From: Mobula birostris
Taxonomy: Eukaryota
Direction of reading: 5' to 3'
DNA length: 64,000 nt
Assembly (NCBI RefSeq): GCF_030028105.1
Contig: NC_092379.1
Coordinates: 26,157,821-26,221,820 of the forward strand
Shown here: one piece after another, positions 1 through 12,954 of the stretch
Layout: each line of letters starts with the position of its first letter
Position numbering within the stretch: position 1 is the stretch's first letter
Made by a program: the position numbers and the translations under genes
Notes under the pieces: generated by a model
Told to the model about the DNA's origin: nothing
Seen by the model: the letters and a program-made list of their open reading frames with translations, nothing else
Database searches by the model: none

Positions 1-239
1 AGGTAAGAAGCATATTTTTCCACTTTCGTTATTACAGATTTAGTCTTGCTTGCCAATTGTTCAGTGCAGGTAGGATGGCAGGTATGGCTGTGTAATATTC
101 CCCCCAGTAGGATGTGGGCATTCGTGGAACCTGATGGCTCCTTGAAGACCGCATTCAGTAGCTGGAGCTGGAGTTGTGTGAGCTAAAGGATTATCAGAGA
201 GGAATAGCTATTTATAGCTAAGAGTTTTGAGCAGGTGGT

Positions 240-2000
240 TATATTCAGAGTGCCGAATTCATGGAACTGATATGTAAACGCCGATAGAGGTATAGGGTGA
301 AATAAGTTATGGTGAGTTCCCCAGGGACCATTCCTTTCAGCAACACATACACCACTTGAATACTGTTGCGGGGACTGTTGCCCTACTTGTGCGAGGCAGA
401 AGCAGCTAGACTAACGGCACTGTGGTCTGATCTGAGCCCCGGAAGAGTTCTGACTGTTAGGGGGACCCTTAAGAGTTTCTGCGGCAGAAAACGTGACGGT
501 AGGGTGGTGGTTTGCCTTCTAGGTGCTAAGGTCCAGTCTATCTCTGAGCGGTTGCAAAATATTATTGAAGTGGAGGTTTGCAGCCAGAGTTCGCACTGCA
601 CATCATAGGCAGGAGTGGAGTAGAGGTGCTCCGCAATAGGCTTAGAGATGTAGGAATGAGGCTCAAAAGCAGGACCAAGTTGGTAATCTCCGTGTTACAT
701 CCGTTGCAACAAGCTGAGGGATGTCAGAACAGAAAGTTAGCGCAGACGAATGAATAGTTACGGAAATAGTGCAGCGGGCAATGTTTCAACTTTGTGGCCA
801 AATGGAATGTCTTGTGAGGAAGCAGTCACCTCTATAAGTGGAAACGGTTAACAAGATAAGAGCCCATGGAATTACGGGGAAGTTATATACGTGGAGAGAG
901 CGTTGGCTGATTGGCAGGAAACAGAGAGTGGGAATAAAGGGATCCTATCCTGGTTGGCTGCCGGTTACCAGTGGTGTTCCACAGGGGTCCGTGTTGGGGC
1001 TGTTTTTTTTTTTTTTTTTTTTTACATTGTACATCAACGATTTGGATTATGGCATAGATGTCTTTGTGGCTAAGTTTGCTGACAATACGAAGGTAGGCGG
1101 AGGGGCCGGTAGTGCTGAAGAAACGGAGAGCCTGCAGAGAGACTTGGATGGATTGGAAAAATGGGCAGAGACGTGGCAAATGAAGTACAATGTTGGAAAG
1201 TTACGCACTTTGGTAGAAAAAAAATAAATAAACGGGCAAATTATTATTTAAATGGGGAAAGAATTCAAAATTCGTAGATGCAACGGGACTTGGGAGCCTC
1301 GTACAGGATACCCTTAAAGTTAACCTCCAGGTTGAGTCAGTAGTGAAGAAGGTGAATGCAAATTGGCATATATTTCTCGAGGAATAGAGTATAGGAGCAG
1401 GGATGTGATATTGAGGCTCTATAAGGCGCTGGTGAGACCTCACTTGGAGTACTGTGGGCAGTTTTGGTCTCCTTATTTAAGAAAGGATGTGCTGACCTTG
1501 GAGAGGGTAAGGAGATGATTCACTAGAATGATTCCCGGAATGAGAGGGTTAACAGATGAGGAACGTTTGTCCGCTCTTTGACCGTATTCCTTGGAGTTTA
1601 GAAGAATGAGGGGAGACCTCATAGAAACATTTAGAATATTGAAAGGCATGGTCAGAGTGGATGTGGCAAGTTGTTTCCCATTATGGGGGAGTCTGGTACG
1701 AGAGGGCATGACTTAAGGATTAAAGGACGCTCATTCAGAACAGAAATGCGGAGAATATTTTTAGTCAGAAGGTGGTGAATTTATGGAATTTGTTGCCACG
1801 GGCAGCAGTGGAGGCCAAGTCATTGGGTGTATTTAAGGCAGAGATTGATAGGTATCTGAGTAGCCAGGGCATCAAAGGCTATGGTCAGAAGGCGGGAGAG
1901 TGTGAATAAATGGGGGAGTGGATCAGCTCATGATAAAATGGCGGAGCAGACTCGATGGGCCGAATGGCCGACATCTGTTCGTTTGTCTTATGGTTTTATG
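240..2000 (+). mobile_element. CR1 LINE fragments (ORF1 relic, then 3' RT half and 3' UTR)
   Basis: ORF 838-1227 contains the CR1 RT motifs SGVPQGSVLG, YINDLD and KFADNTK. The C-terminal LYKALVRPHLEY-like region follows, then the typical 3' UTR ending near 2000. Confidence 0.85.
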
Positions 2001-3965
2001 TTTTAATGGGTTGGATCTGAACTGGAGGGGTTCAAATATCGTGGGCAATGGACTGTGTAATGTTATTTGGGCGGCGCAAACTGGACTTGAATGGAGGTGG
2101 GAACCGAAGTGAAGAGGCAGCAGATTGGGCAGTTGGCGCAGACATGGAGATAACTTGCAGAGGGTTTGTAAGTAACGATATGCAGATGACAAAGCAGAGG
2201 TGCCTTCAGCCATATGTGTTGAGATATGTGCAATTTAATGCAAGGAGTGCTATGAACATGGATGATGAACTAAGAGATACAATACGTGGAACTATAACAT
2301 TGAGACCAATAAAGAGACTTCGATGTCTCAGAAACAAATAAGGGTCCTAGGTGTGCCGGGCTTAGATAATTCAAAAATACATAGGAAGAAGGCACAATAG
2401 ATGGGAGTGTGCATTTTAATCAGGGATAATACACCTCTGTAGAATAGTCAGCGTGCGTGGGAATTTGAACATCGAGGAGGCGCCAACTCTTTTGGGCGTT
2501 CTGTATAGACCACCCCATCACCTCTCCTCCCAATAGTATCAGCGACATTAAATAGCTGATACGGAAGCAGATTCTGGAGTCGTGCAATAATACTAGGCTT
2601 GTTGTGATGAACGATTTCAACGTTCCTAATATTGACTGGCATGTGCTTAGATCAAGTGGTATTAATGGGGTGGATTCGTTATGTGCGTTCAGGACGATGT
2701 CCTGACGCAAAATAGAAGAATAACAGTCAATTAATCCCAATGAAAGAGCATTAAATCACCCTTATTGGACAAATATTAAATTAATTACAGCAGTTCTAAT
2801 GTAACTGAAGCTTTGTATCTTCTTCTCTAGACATGCACAGTATTTGACAATTGATCAACTGTTGTGACATCTGCCGAGTTGCGGTTAATACATTTTGCTT
2901 GCATTACATCCAGGCAATCAGTTCAATCATGAATCCATTGTAATAAAAGAAAGGAAAAATAAATCTAATATTCGACTGCTGTATCTGAGGAATTTCAGGG
3001 CTGGTGCTTTTAAAAGAAATACTGAGGGGCAACGAATAAAACTCGTTTACTAAGAATTCAATATTGACAAAATTGAAGAATGTTTCAAGATTCTAATAAG
3101 AGCAGCATGGGAAAGGCTCTTGCATCTGGCTGTTTATCTTGTCAACGTTTTGCGCCAGCTCTATCATACGTTTTTGGGATGTGAAAGAAGAGCGAATGAC
3201 CAGCACTGCAGTAGTTTTCGAACATTTTTGAATGCGTTCTAAGACACCAGCACGGCTGCACAGAAATAATTCAAGTTATATTGCTTTAAGTAACATACTG
3301 GGAGATAATCACAACTCTCTTTGGTGCCTTTTCAAGCTCCTATGCACCATGATGGTATCTTTGAAAAAAAAATGTGGTGAACGTGATCCCTAAAATGTTA
3401 TATTCCCTTAAGCACATGGGTGTAGCGGTTCTGGCGTTACGGTTATGCCAAACAGTCTATGTGACTGAACGATTAAAAAAAAAAAAAAAAACAAAAAAAG
3501 AAACGTGAGTCATGCTTAGACCTCGGAATTCTATCATCTCAAGCATTACCATGCAATCACCACTGTTACAAAGGACGTAATAACTTACCATGACTGCCTC
3601 AGTCTGCAAGGGCTTCATACAACTAATCACACAGAAAAAAAAAATACGTCGCGCCTGTCACACTCGACATTTTCCTTCAATATCACTCTCTGGTGATTTG
3701 CTGGCCCATTCGGCCTGCCCCCCGACCTCCCTGTTGGCACGTACACTGGCTAGCATAAATAATGCAACACACGCCAATTTACCTCCACGACAACATCAGC
3801 TAGGACACAACGGAAAATGTCCTTCCAGGCGAGATGACATTGTACCAACAAATATCTTCCGTCATCCCTTACCAGTAATGCGTGTGAAGAGCAACTTTTT
3901 AGTCAGCACGGCGATGTACAATTCAGAGGTACAGTTCAGCGGCGGTACATGTTTTTTTTTACAGT

Positions 3966-4483
3966 TAAGGTTGCTTTCTCAGTCCCAAATAAGAGACAAA
4001 ATTAGCAGTCAAATTTCGGGACTCCTCACCTCATAAAGACTACCATGACCATGAAGCCTTGCGCATGCGTGTCGTGTGTATGTAATATGCGCATGCGCGT
4101 ACGAGCCGAATTTTCCCCCGGATATCAGTTTTGCCTTCATCTTCCCGACTATAGTGTACATATAATTTTCTACTTCATATAGGGTGTGCATTTATCATAT
4201 CATTCCTGCTTTCACTATATGTTAGTGTTATTTATTTTCGGTTTTATGTGTTATTTGGTCTGATTTGTTAGGTTATTTTTCGGGTCGGGAACAGTCAAAA
4301 AATTTTATCATACAAATTAATGGTAATTGCTTCTTCGCTTAACGCCATCTCAGCACGAAAAGTTTCATAGCAACGCTCTACTTAGCGGGAGAAATACGGG
4401 ACAAGAACGGTCCCGGATAGGACAAACCAATTTAGCCCAATATATGGGATGTCCCGGCAAATAAGTGACAGTGGGCAACCCTA
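3966..4483. mobile_element. Non-autonomous DNA transposon (MITE, hAT-like terminal repeats)
   Basis: Imperfect terminal inverted repeats taaggttgc (3966) and ggcaacccta (4474-4483); no coding capacity. Confidence 0.5.
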
Positions 4484-4659
4484 TGTTCAAATTCAACAGT
4501 GCGTGACAGGGAATGAGGAAAGGTGCAGCTGACTCTTATCGTTTTCTCGCGGCCCGGTAGCACATGTTCTGCGGCCGGTGTTTGGGGACCCTGGATTAAT
4601 TAGCCAAATGTATTCATTATGAAGGATCAATAAGAATACGTAAAGTGAACGTGGAGCGG

Positions 4660-6395
4660 CCTTTATTGGAATGTGCAGTTATTTAAAGCGAGCGAGCGCT
4701 GAGAGTGGCTTTGGCCCATCAGGCGTAGGCGAAATAATGTTCGGGTGAGGTAAATTGTCTTTTAAGGTACTTACTTACTGTATTTGTTCATTCCACATCC
4801 AGTAGTGCATGGAGGATTATTGAGAATGGCTCCAGGTGCAGTGATCTCTACTCGGTCTGGAATATGGCAAGTCTAACGGTCGCCGGTGCCACAAATAAAC
4901 ACATCTGTACAAAGTTCCCTGAATTGCAACTGTGATCGAACGAATTAAGGAACATGAGCAGCAGCTCGATGAGTCATGTGGGGAAATGAGGAGGTGATCG
5001 GCAGAAGCTACAGAGAGACAATAATATCTTGGTTCCAGGTGTCAAGTTAGCCGGTAGCTATCAGTAGAAGTTGGGGCATTGCACAACAATTCCAAAGTAC
5101 AATTATCTCCTTTCCCCTCCATAATAACTTTGATGGCAAAGGCTGACCAGGGGACAGGCATTTTAATGGAACTGTGACACTGATTCAGGTGTTGTGGCTC
5201 AGAAGAACAGCGAAATGAAGAAGTCTGCATTGTTGCTGGGAGACCACTTAGTCTGAGGAGCAATGCGAGTGTATGATGGAGCCATTGAAAATTCGGGATG
5301 GTATGCTACTTCCATCGTGCCGGGATCAGGAATGTATCGTTTGGGGTCCATAATTTGCATATTGGCAACAATTAATAGCTGGACAATTTGAGGAGGTTCG
5401 GAATAAACAATTTATGGAGCTAGATATAAATCCGAGAAACAAGAAATCTATGGTATTAATCTTTGGATTATTGCCGGTGTCTCATGCCATTGAAGGTGAG
5501 AAATAGAATCATCTGCAGGTGAATGCGTTACAATAGAAATAGTCATGGAGACAGTTGTTAAGATTTATTCATTAATGACATTCTTCTGTCAAAGGTATGA
5601 ACTAGAGAAATGGGACGGGATGCTGCTGATTCCAAACCCCTTGCCAGCATGTTGGCTAGAGGTGTTCTGATTGTTTAAGCAAATCAGCAGGGCGATGTGA
5701 ACCCGACTAATAGGGTTGCAAATGAAATAGTAAGTTTGCAAACGAAGGCGATCTGCCTTAAGACCCCAAACGAGGTGGGGCTGATGATGTGGCAAACGTG
5801 CTGTCAACAGGTTATTATGCATTGTATAAATGGGCAAATCTCAAAAGAACTGAAAATGCTTCATTTGAATGCGCACAGTGTACAGAATATGTAACTTGTA
5901 GCAAAGATTAGTGTCAGGCTTAATGCTGTAGGCTTAATTTCATAGAGTACACACTGATTCGAAAAATGAGGCAGGAAGGGAGAGGGGTTGGCGTTGTTCC
6001 GTAAGAGTATGTCAATCCGTCTCCTATTAGAATACCTTGTGGTTGAGCCTACTAGGGGAACATCCTTTCTGGGTTGAATGCTGTGATATGATACGGAACT
6101 AATTAGAATGTGTTCGGTGGAAGAAACATGAGGGAAAGTGAACGAATTCACCTTGAATTTTAAGAAGAAGCTAAAGTCAGATGTATCATTATTTCAATGG
6201 AGTAAGGGGAATTAGACGGATTTAGAGAGGAATGAGAGCAGTTGAGGAGGAGTTGGGCAGAATTTATTGGTAAACATCATCAGCAGCGATTGGAGAGGCG
6301 AGATTGAATGCCGCTCCACTGAGAAAGATGCTGAAGAGAAATAATATGGTACAAGGAAATGATGGGTGTATTGCAAAAAAAAAATATATATATGA

Positions 6396-6443
<48 letters not shown>

Positions 6444-6930
6444 ATTGCATTAGTTCTCACTGTTGAAAACATGAAGAGTATAGTGGAATTTCTCTTTCAG
6501 CGGTAATGAAGTCAATGAAGTTACCATGATTCGGAAGATTGTTTTTGGGACACTGGAAGTTCTGAAGGGGAATAAGTTTTCTGGACCAAATAGCGTACGC
6601 CCGTAAGTTATGAAGTTGGTGTCTGAAGAGATCGTGGGGTGATTATCAATGTTCCTTCAACTATTACTACTTTCTGTAATGTTTGAGGAAGACATTAACA
6701 TTAAAAATGTTAATCCACTTTTCAACAGGGGGAGAGGAGGGTAACGGAAATCATACGCTTGTTAGTCTGACTTCAGTGGTTAGGAAGATGTTGGCTGTGG
6801 TTCATGATTATATGGTTTCGGGATACCAGGAGGCAAATGATTAAAAGGGTGTAGTAGGCGTGGGTTCGGCATGGGAAATCGTGGGGAAAAAAACTAAATA
6901 GTACTTGGTAGTCCATTTTGAGGATAAGAC
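4660..6930 (+). mobile_element. Degenerate CR1 LINE (5' region, ORF1, endonuclease part)
   Basis: Fragmentary similarity to the minus-strand CR1 copies at 12955-16450 and 35370-39030 (esterase-like ORF1 and endonuclease codons); heavily frameshifted. Confidence 0.6.
6399..6441. repeat. (GT)n microsatellite
   Basis: Direct reading of the sequence. Confidence 0.95.
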
Positions 6931-6934
6931 CAAA

Positions 6935-9900
6935 AAAAAAAAAAAAAGAAAGAATGAAACACTATTTGATCAAATCTAAAACTTCCAAGAAAAGATTGGA
7001 ATGGTAATAATTCAAATTAATAAAAATATTGGATAAAAGCTCGTCATATTTGCTGACATTTACAGGGTTTTTCAATTGTCCCACTTCCTACTTTCTCTAA
7101 ACTTAAATAGGACATAATGGAGGAGAGCCAGTAAAATACCATAGGTGGATTGAAGTCATTGCGCTTTTATAAAATAGCTCTCCCAGCCAGTGAGGTCGAA
7201 AAGGCTATCATACGTTGAGTGGAAGCAGGAATGTTTTCTGATTCCGATGGGATAATCCCAAAATTTGCCGTAAGCAAATTAGGATGTAAATCCAAATACG
7301 AAACTTTTGATAGTGTTTTAAAATCATCCCTCCAAAAGTTATCTAGCTTTATACAAGACCAATACAAGTGAGTTAACATGGTCAGCTCAGTATTGCATCT
7401 GTCACAAATAGGAGTATATTGGAATAAATAAACGCTATTTATCCTTTGACAGATGGTCCCGATGTACTACCTTGAACTCTGTCAAGGAAAGAAGTGCACA
7501 AGTTGATGAGTTGTTAATCGCATGAAAAACTTCACTCCACTGGTTCTCTGAAAAATCCTTTTGAAGTTCGAATTCCCAAGGGCGTTTAATTTTATCACAA
7601 CATATCATTTGTGAACCGGTTATAGTATATAGCCATAAACCCTTTTTTAAATAGTTTACACTGAAAGAGAAAATCTGTCATATTAGGTATATAAGCGTAA
7701 AGGTAATTTGGAAGCAAACCACGTAAAAAAAATCCTGTTTATTTTCTTAAATGTCTGAAAAAAGTGTACATTAGATAGAAAATATTTATCCACTAACTGA
7801 GAAAAATACATTAAACAGTCCGCTGATAACAGATCTGAAAATGTTTGTTTTATTCCCTTGGTTTTCCACATTAAAAAGAACTTATCTAAAATTCATGGTT
7901 TAAAAAAATGAGATAGATATTACTAGAAAGAATAAAATTATTAAACTCCAGAAATCTATGAAACAGAAACCTAACTCTTAATGTATGTTTAATAATGGGA
8001 TAAAATTCTTGTCTGCTAATCTTAGAAAACAAAAAGGGAAAAGAGACCAAAGAAAATATTTTCACCGAGTTTATCTCCAGAACAAACCATGAAGGACATT
8101 CATGTATATCTGGATACCGAATCCAAAAAGTAATATATCGAATATTAATGCTCCAATAGTACATTCTAAAGGGTGGCAAAGCCATAGCGCCATCTGTTTT
8201 TCTTTTTTTTTAAATTTCTGCAATGAGTGTTTACTCAAACTAGAATTTGTATTGTTCCAAATATAAGATAACATTATAGAATCTATTCTGTCGAATAACG
8301 TTTTAGGAACAAAGGAGGGAACTGCTAGAAAGATATATAAATATTTCGGGAAAACAGTCCTTGTAATAGCATTNNNNNNNNNNNNNNNNNNNNNNNNNNN
8401 NNNNNNNNNNNNNNNNNNNNNNNNNNNNNNNNNNNNNNNNNNNNNNNNNNNNNNNNNNNNNNNNNNNNNNNNNNNNNNNNNNNNNNNNNNNNNNNNNNNN
8501 NNNNTTCAGTAATTTAATATCAAGATAGATAAAGTAATTTTTCGCAATATTAAAAGGTATTTGATTATTTGTATCCGAAAAATTATAAATAGGAAATAAC
8601 TTGCTTGTGTGTAAATTTCATTTATACCCAGAAAAAAAAAACTACTAAATTCAGAAAATATAGACAACATAGAAGGCACAGATTTCCAAGAATCTGAAAT
8701 ATAAACTAACAGGTAATCTGCATATGACGAAACTTTGTGTACTTTGTCTCTTCTCTTTTACCCTGAACATTGTTCGAAACTCTAAGAGCAATAGCAACGG
8801 GTTCTAAGGCCAAGTTAAATCATTAAGGACTAAGAGGGCATCCCTGTCGAGTACCCCTATGTAATCTAAAATAGGGAGATTTTTGATTGTTAGTTATAAC
8901 AGCAGCCATGGGAGATTGATAGATCAATTTGATTCAGGAAATAAATCGCGGGCCAAGATTAAATATTTCCAAAATCTCAAATAAGTAAGACCACTACTCC
9001 CTATCAAAAGCTTTCTCTGCATAAAGAGAAACAACTCATTTAGATTATTTACATGGAGAATTGGGAATAATATTTAATAATCTTCGAATATTAAATTGTG
9101 AATATCTATTTTAATAAATCCAGTTTGGTCATTGGAAGTAAGAGTGGTTTAAGTATTCTCAAGTCTATTCTCCAAAATCTTAGAGAAATTTGAAAATTCA
9201 TCTTCAATAGAAAATATTGGTCTATAAGAGGCGCATTCAGATAAAACTTTCTCTTGTTTTAGGAATTAAATATACTGAAGCTCCATGGAATGTTTTCGGG
9301 AGCATCCAAGAGGATATAGAGTCAGTGAACATTTGACATAAATGAACTATAAGTATGTCAGTAAAAGTCTGATAAAATTCCACCGTATATCTATCCGGTC
9401 CCGGAACTTTAGCTGATTAGAGAGAGGATATAGCCCTTGTATTTCGTCTTGTTTAATAGGTGCATCTAACGTACTCATATCGTGAATAGGGATTTTAGGT
9501 ATTTCCATTTTTGCAAAAATACTATTCATAAATATAGTACTATCTGAAAATACAGTCTCAAAAAGTTTAAAGTAGAAATCCATAAATATCTTATTAATTT
9601 CACAAGGAAATACCGTTGCATGTCTATCAGGTCTTCTTCTTTTCAGGATCTGTCTTCTATCTATCCTTGCTTTTAATTGACCAGATAATAACTTACCTGC
9701 TTTATCTCCATACATATACAATTGGATTTTGGATTTAAGAAGTTGCTGTTCAATGGGAAAAGTCAAAAGCAAATCATGTTCTGTTTGGAGTTCCACCCTT
9801 TCCCTAAAGTATCTCCACTAGGCGTTACTGAATGGAGTTTATCTACCTTTTTCATCCTATTAGTGATCAGAAAAAAAGGTCCGACTTAATGTTCCTTCTT

Positions 9901-11930
9901 GAACCTACTGAATATGAAATTATCTGTCCCCTAAGAAAATATTTCATCGTATCCCAGATAACCAAATTTGACATTTCCTCAGGTGCATTCAATTCAAAAA
10001 ATAGAAAACAATTGTTCTTTAATACAATTTACAAAATTTGAATCGTGCAGCAATGAAATATTAAATCTCCACTGAGGTACAGGGATATGGTCAGAGAATT
10101 CCAATGTTAGTTTCATAAGTACGTGATCTGACAACACAATCACATCATAGGCACACCCAACAACAGAAGGCACCATCGCGTATCCCAGAAAAAAAAACAG
10201 TTCTTGAATATTTATGGTATACAGGTTAAAAACACACAAAACATAATTTTCTTTAGGAAATTTAAATCTCCAAATATCGGCCAGACGGTATTCTAATAAT
10301 AAACAATTAATACAAGTCGCAGCTCTATTAGGGAGTGACGGATTGGTGTACGATCTGTCAATCAACGGGTTAAGACAACACCGCCGATAATAAACTTACC
10401 GTCAGTTAAATTCGACAATACAGAAAATAGCTTCTTAAAAATAATCAGAGCTGTCGATATTAGATGCATACACATATACCAAAGCCAAATTTTCACCACA
10501 CAACAAAACAGCAACAATTAAATATCTTCCAATTAAATCAGTTACAGTATTGAAATGAACAAAAGGGATTTTAGAATTAATAACAAAAAGATGCCCCTCT
10601 TATTTTATTTACTGATAAGAATGAAATAAGGTTCCATTCCAAAATTTGAAAAAATACAAATTTTCATTTTGTCTACGGATGTGTGTCTCCTGCGCAAATA
10701 TAAAATCTGCATGAAGTGTTTTTAATTTCTTAAAAATCTTTTCACCCTTAATAGTTTGGTTCATACCGTTTAAATTCCACGATATTATATTGATTTTATG
10801 AAGATCCGTACTTAAAATTTAATATAAACAATTTATAATGTAATCCAACGCGCAGGCGCAGCCCAAATCAGAAGAAAGGGGGAAGCTTGACTCGATCAGA
10901 AAGAAAAACAAGATGATTGACAAAGAAAAAACCCACATTACTGCCTAGTCGAAAGAAAACTAACCTAGTAGAATTACCCACCTCCCACAAAAGCCCAGAA
11001 ATCGTCCAAAAGGCTAACGACATGCTATTCTATTGACCCTTAAACCCTGTCTCCAGTTGGCAGCTCCATTTACAAAGTAAAAAGTTACCACCATCAAAAA
11101 ATATATAACAAAGAATACATAAAGAAGTTAAGAAATTCCAAATATGTTTATATTATGTCCAACAGTAGTTAAGACCGAATTAACGACGGCCATCTTAAAT
11201 CCATTTAATATACGCAGCCATGTATTAAAAAAAATAAATTCAATCAACTAACAATATTACAACTAATATTAAGCACGTACAAATTAAAGAAATTGAAGTA
11301 AAAAAAATATATATATATATATATATGTTAAATTCAGAACTACATTAACTGTTAAAGCAAACAACAGCAGATCTGAGTAAGTAAACCAAGTCTGTATCTG
11401 AGCATTGATAACACGAAGAGCGGACTTTCATCAACGGCGTTACAAACTACTTCCAGTTAAGGATCAACTCTTGAAATTGCTTACGAAGTGGACTTAAACT
11501 CTTTTATAAATTTCCAGCCATTTTTTGAAGAGTCAATCCGTTTTGGACGCGCATTGGGGGAAATAATTATCAGATATTCCGGGTAAAGCAGCGACGGGCG
11601 ACAGCTCATAAAAACAACAAAAAAAAACACTATCACTTCCCGATATTTCATTCTTTCGGCCAAAACCTCTGGGGTAAAATCTTCCACTAGAGGATCATAA
11701 GTTCATTATAGACGAGCTTATCCCTTTTTCTTGCATTCCGAAAAAGAGCTTCATCGGTTGTAAAATAATGCAAACAGAGAATTACAGGACGTGTTTTAAT
11801 TTCGGCAGATGGTTTAAAACGCCGATTTCAGTGGGCTCTGTGCATTATCGACAAGCTTCGAGAATGTCACTAAAAATTCGGCCTCGCCAATACCTTATAC
11901 AACGTCACCACAACAATTCAACTCATACTC
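6935..11930 (-). mobile_element. L1-clade LINE, near full length, degenerate (spans an N gap)
   Basis: Minus-strand ORF pieces in L1 order: ORF1 (EDFTPEVLAERMKYREV), endonuclease (DRS...LADIWRFKFP, WRFN), YGDKAGKLL linker, RT, and a C-terminal LAGRAIL region. Confidence 0.8.
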
Positions 11931-12780
11931 AGTACTTTGATTTATAAAGGCCAATGTGTCAAAAGCTCTCTTTTCGACCCTTTCTACGTATGATGTCACT
12001 TTTAGATAATGTACATCTGTATTCCCGGATCCCGTTGTTCTACTGCATTCCTCAGTGCCCAAACATTTACCCTGTGTGCTCTACGTTGGTTTGTCCTTCC
12101 AAAGTACAATACCTCACATTTGTCTGTATTAAACACCACCTGCCATTTTTAGCCATTTTTCCAGCTGTGTCCATATCCTTCTGCAAGCTTTGAAAACCCT
12201 TCTCACTGTCCACTACACCTCCAAACTTTGTATTGTCAGCAACATTGCTGATCCAATTTACAACATAATCATCCAGATCATTGATATAGATGACAAATAA
12301 CAATTGTCCCAGCACTGATCCCTGTGGCACACCACTCGTCATAGGCCTCCACTCACAGAAGCAATCCTCCACTACCACTCTCTGGCTTATTCGATTCCGC
12401 CAATGTTCAATTCAATTCACTACCTTTCCAGGTATACCTAACGACTGAATCTACCTAACTGATCTCCCATGCGGGACATTGTCAAGGGCCTGACTGATAT
12501 GCATGCAGGCAACATCCGCTGCCTTCCCTTCTTCTGCTTTCCTGGTAACCTCCTCAAAAAACTCTACTAAATGTGTTTAACATGACCTACCACGCGCAAA
12601 GTCATGTTGAATCTCTCTAATAAGTCCCTGTCTGCCCAAATACGCGTAGATCTTATCTCTTGGTACACCTGCCAATAATTTACCTACTACCGATGTTAAA
12701 TTTACGGGCCAAAAATTTCCCGGATTAATTTAGTCTTTTGTTTAAATTACAAAATTCGAATTCGGGATTCATAATATACC
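11930..12780 (-). mobile_element. CR1 LINE RT fragment
   Basis: ORF 12067-12378 has TSGVPQGSVLG..FVIYINDLD. Confidence 0.85.
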
Positions 12781-12954
12781 CCCAGAGGCATCCTCCCTCT
12801 TGATTCCTAGTATCTTTTTTTTTTTTTTTTTTTTTAGAATTCCTTGAATTGAGTCTGTAATGCAAGAGCATTATCAAAATGAATTAGCATTCGTAAATCC
12901 ATCTTCTCCAGAATTGTCAAGTATCCAGATCAGGCTTACATTCACTCAGCTTGG

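Noticed and set aside
3000-3720. Minus-strand GTAAGT donor and a W..KAPK-like stretch suggestive of a V relic
   Set aside because: Frames and spacing do not give a coherent V exon, and there is no RSS.
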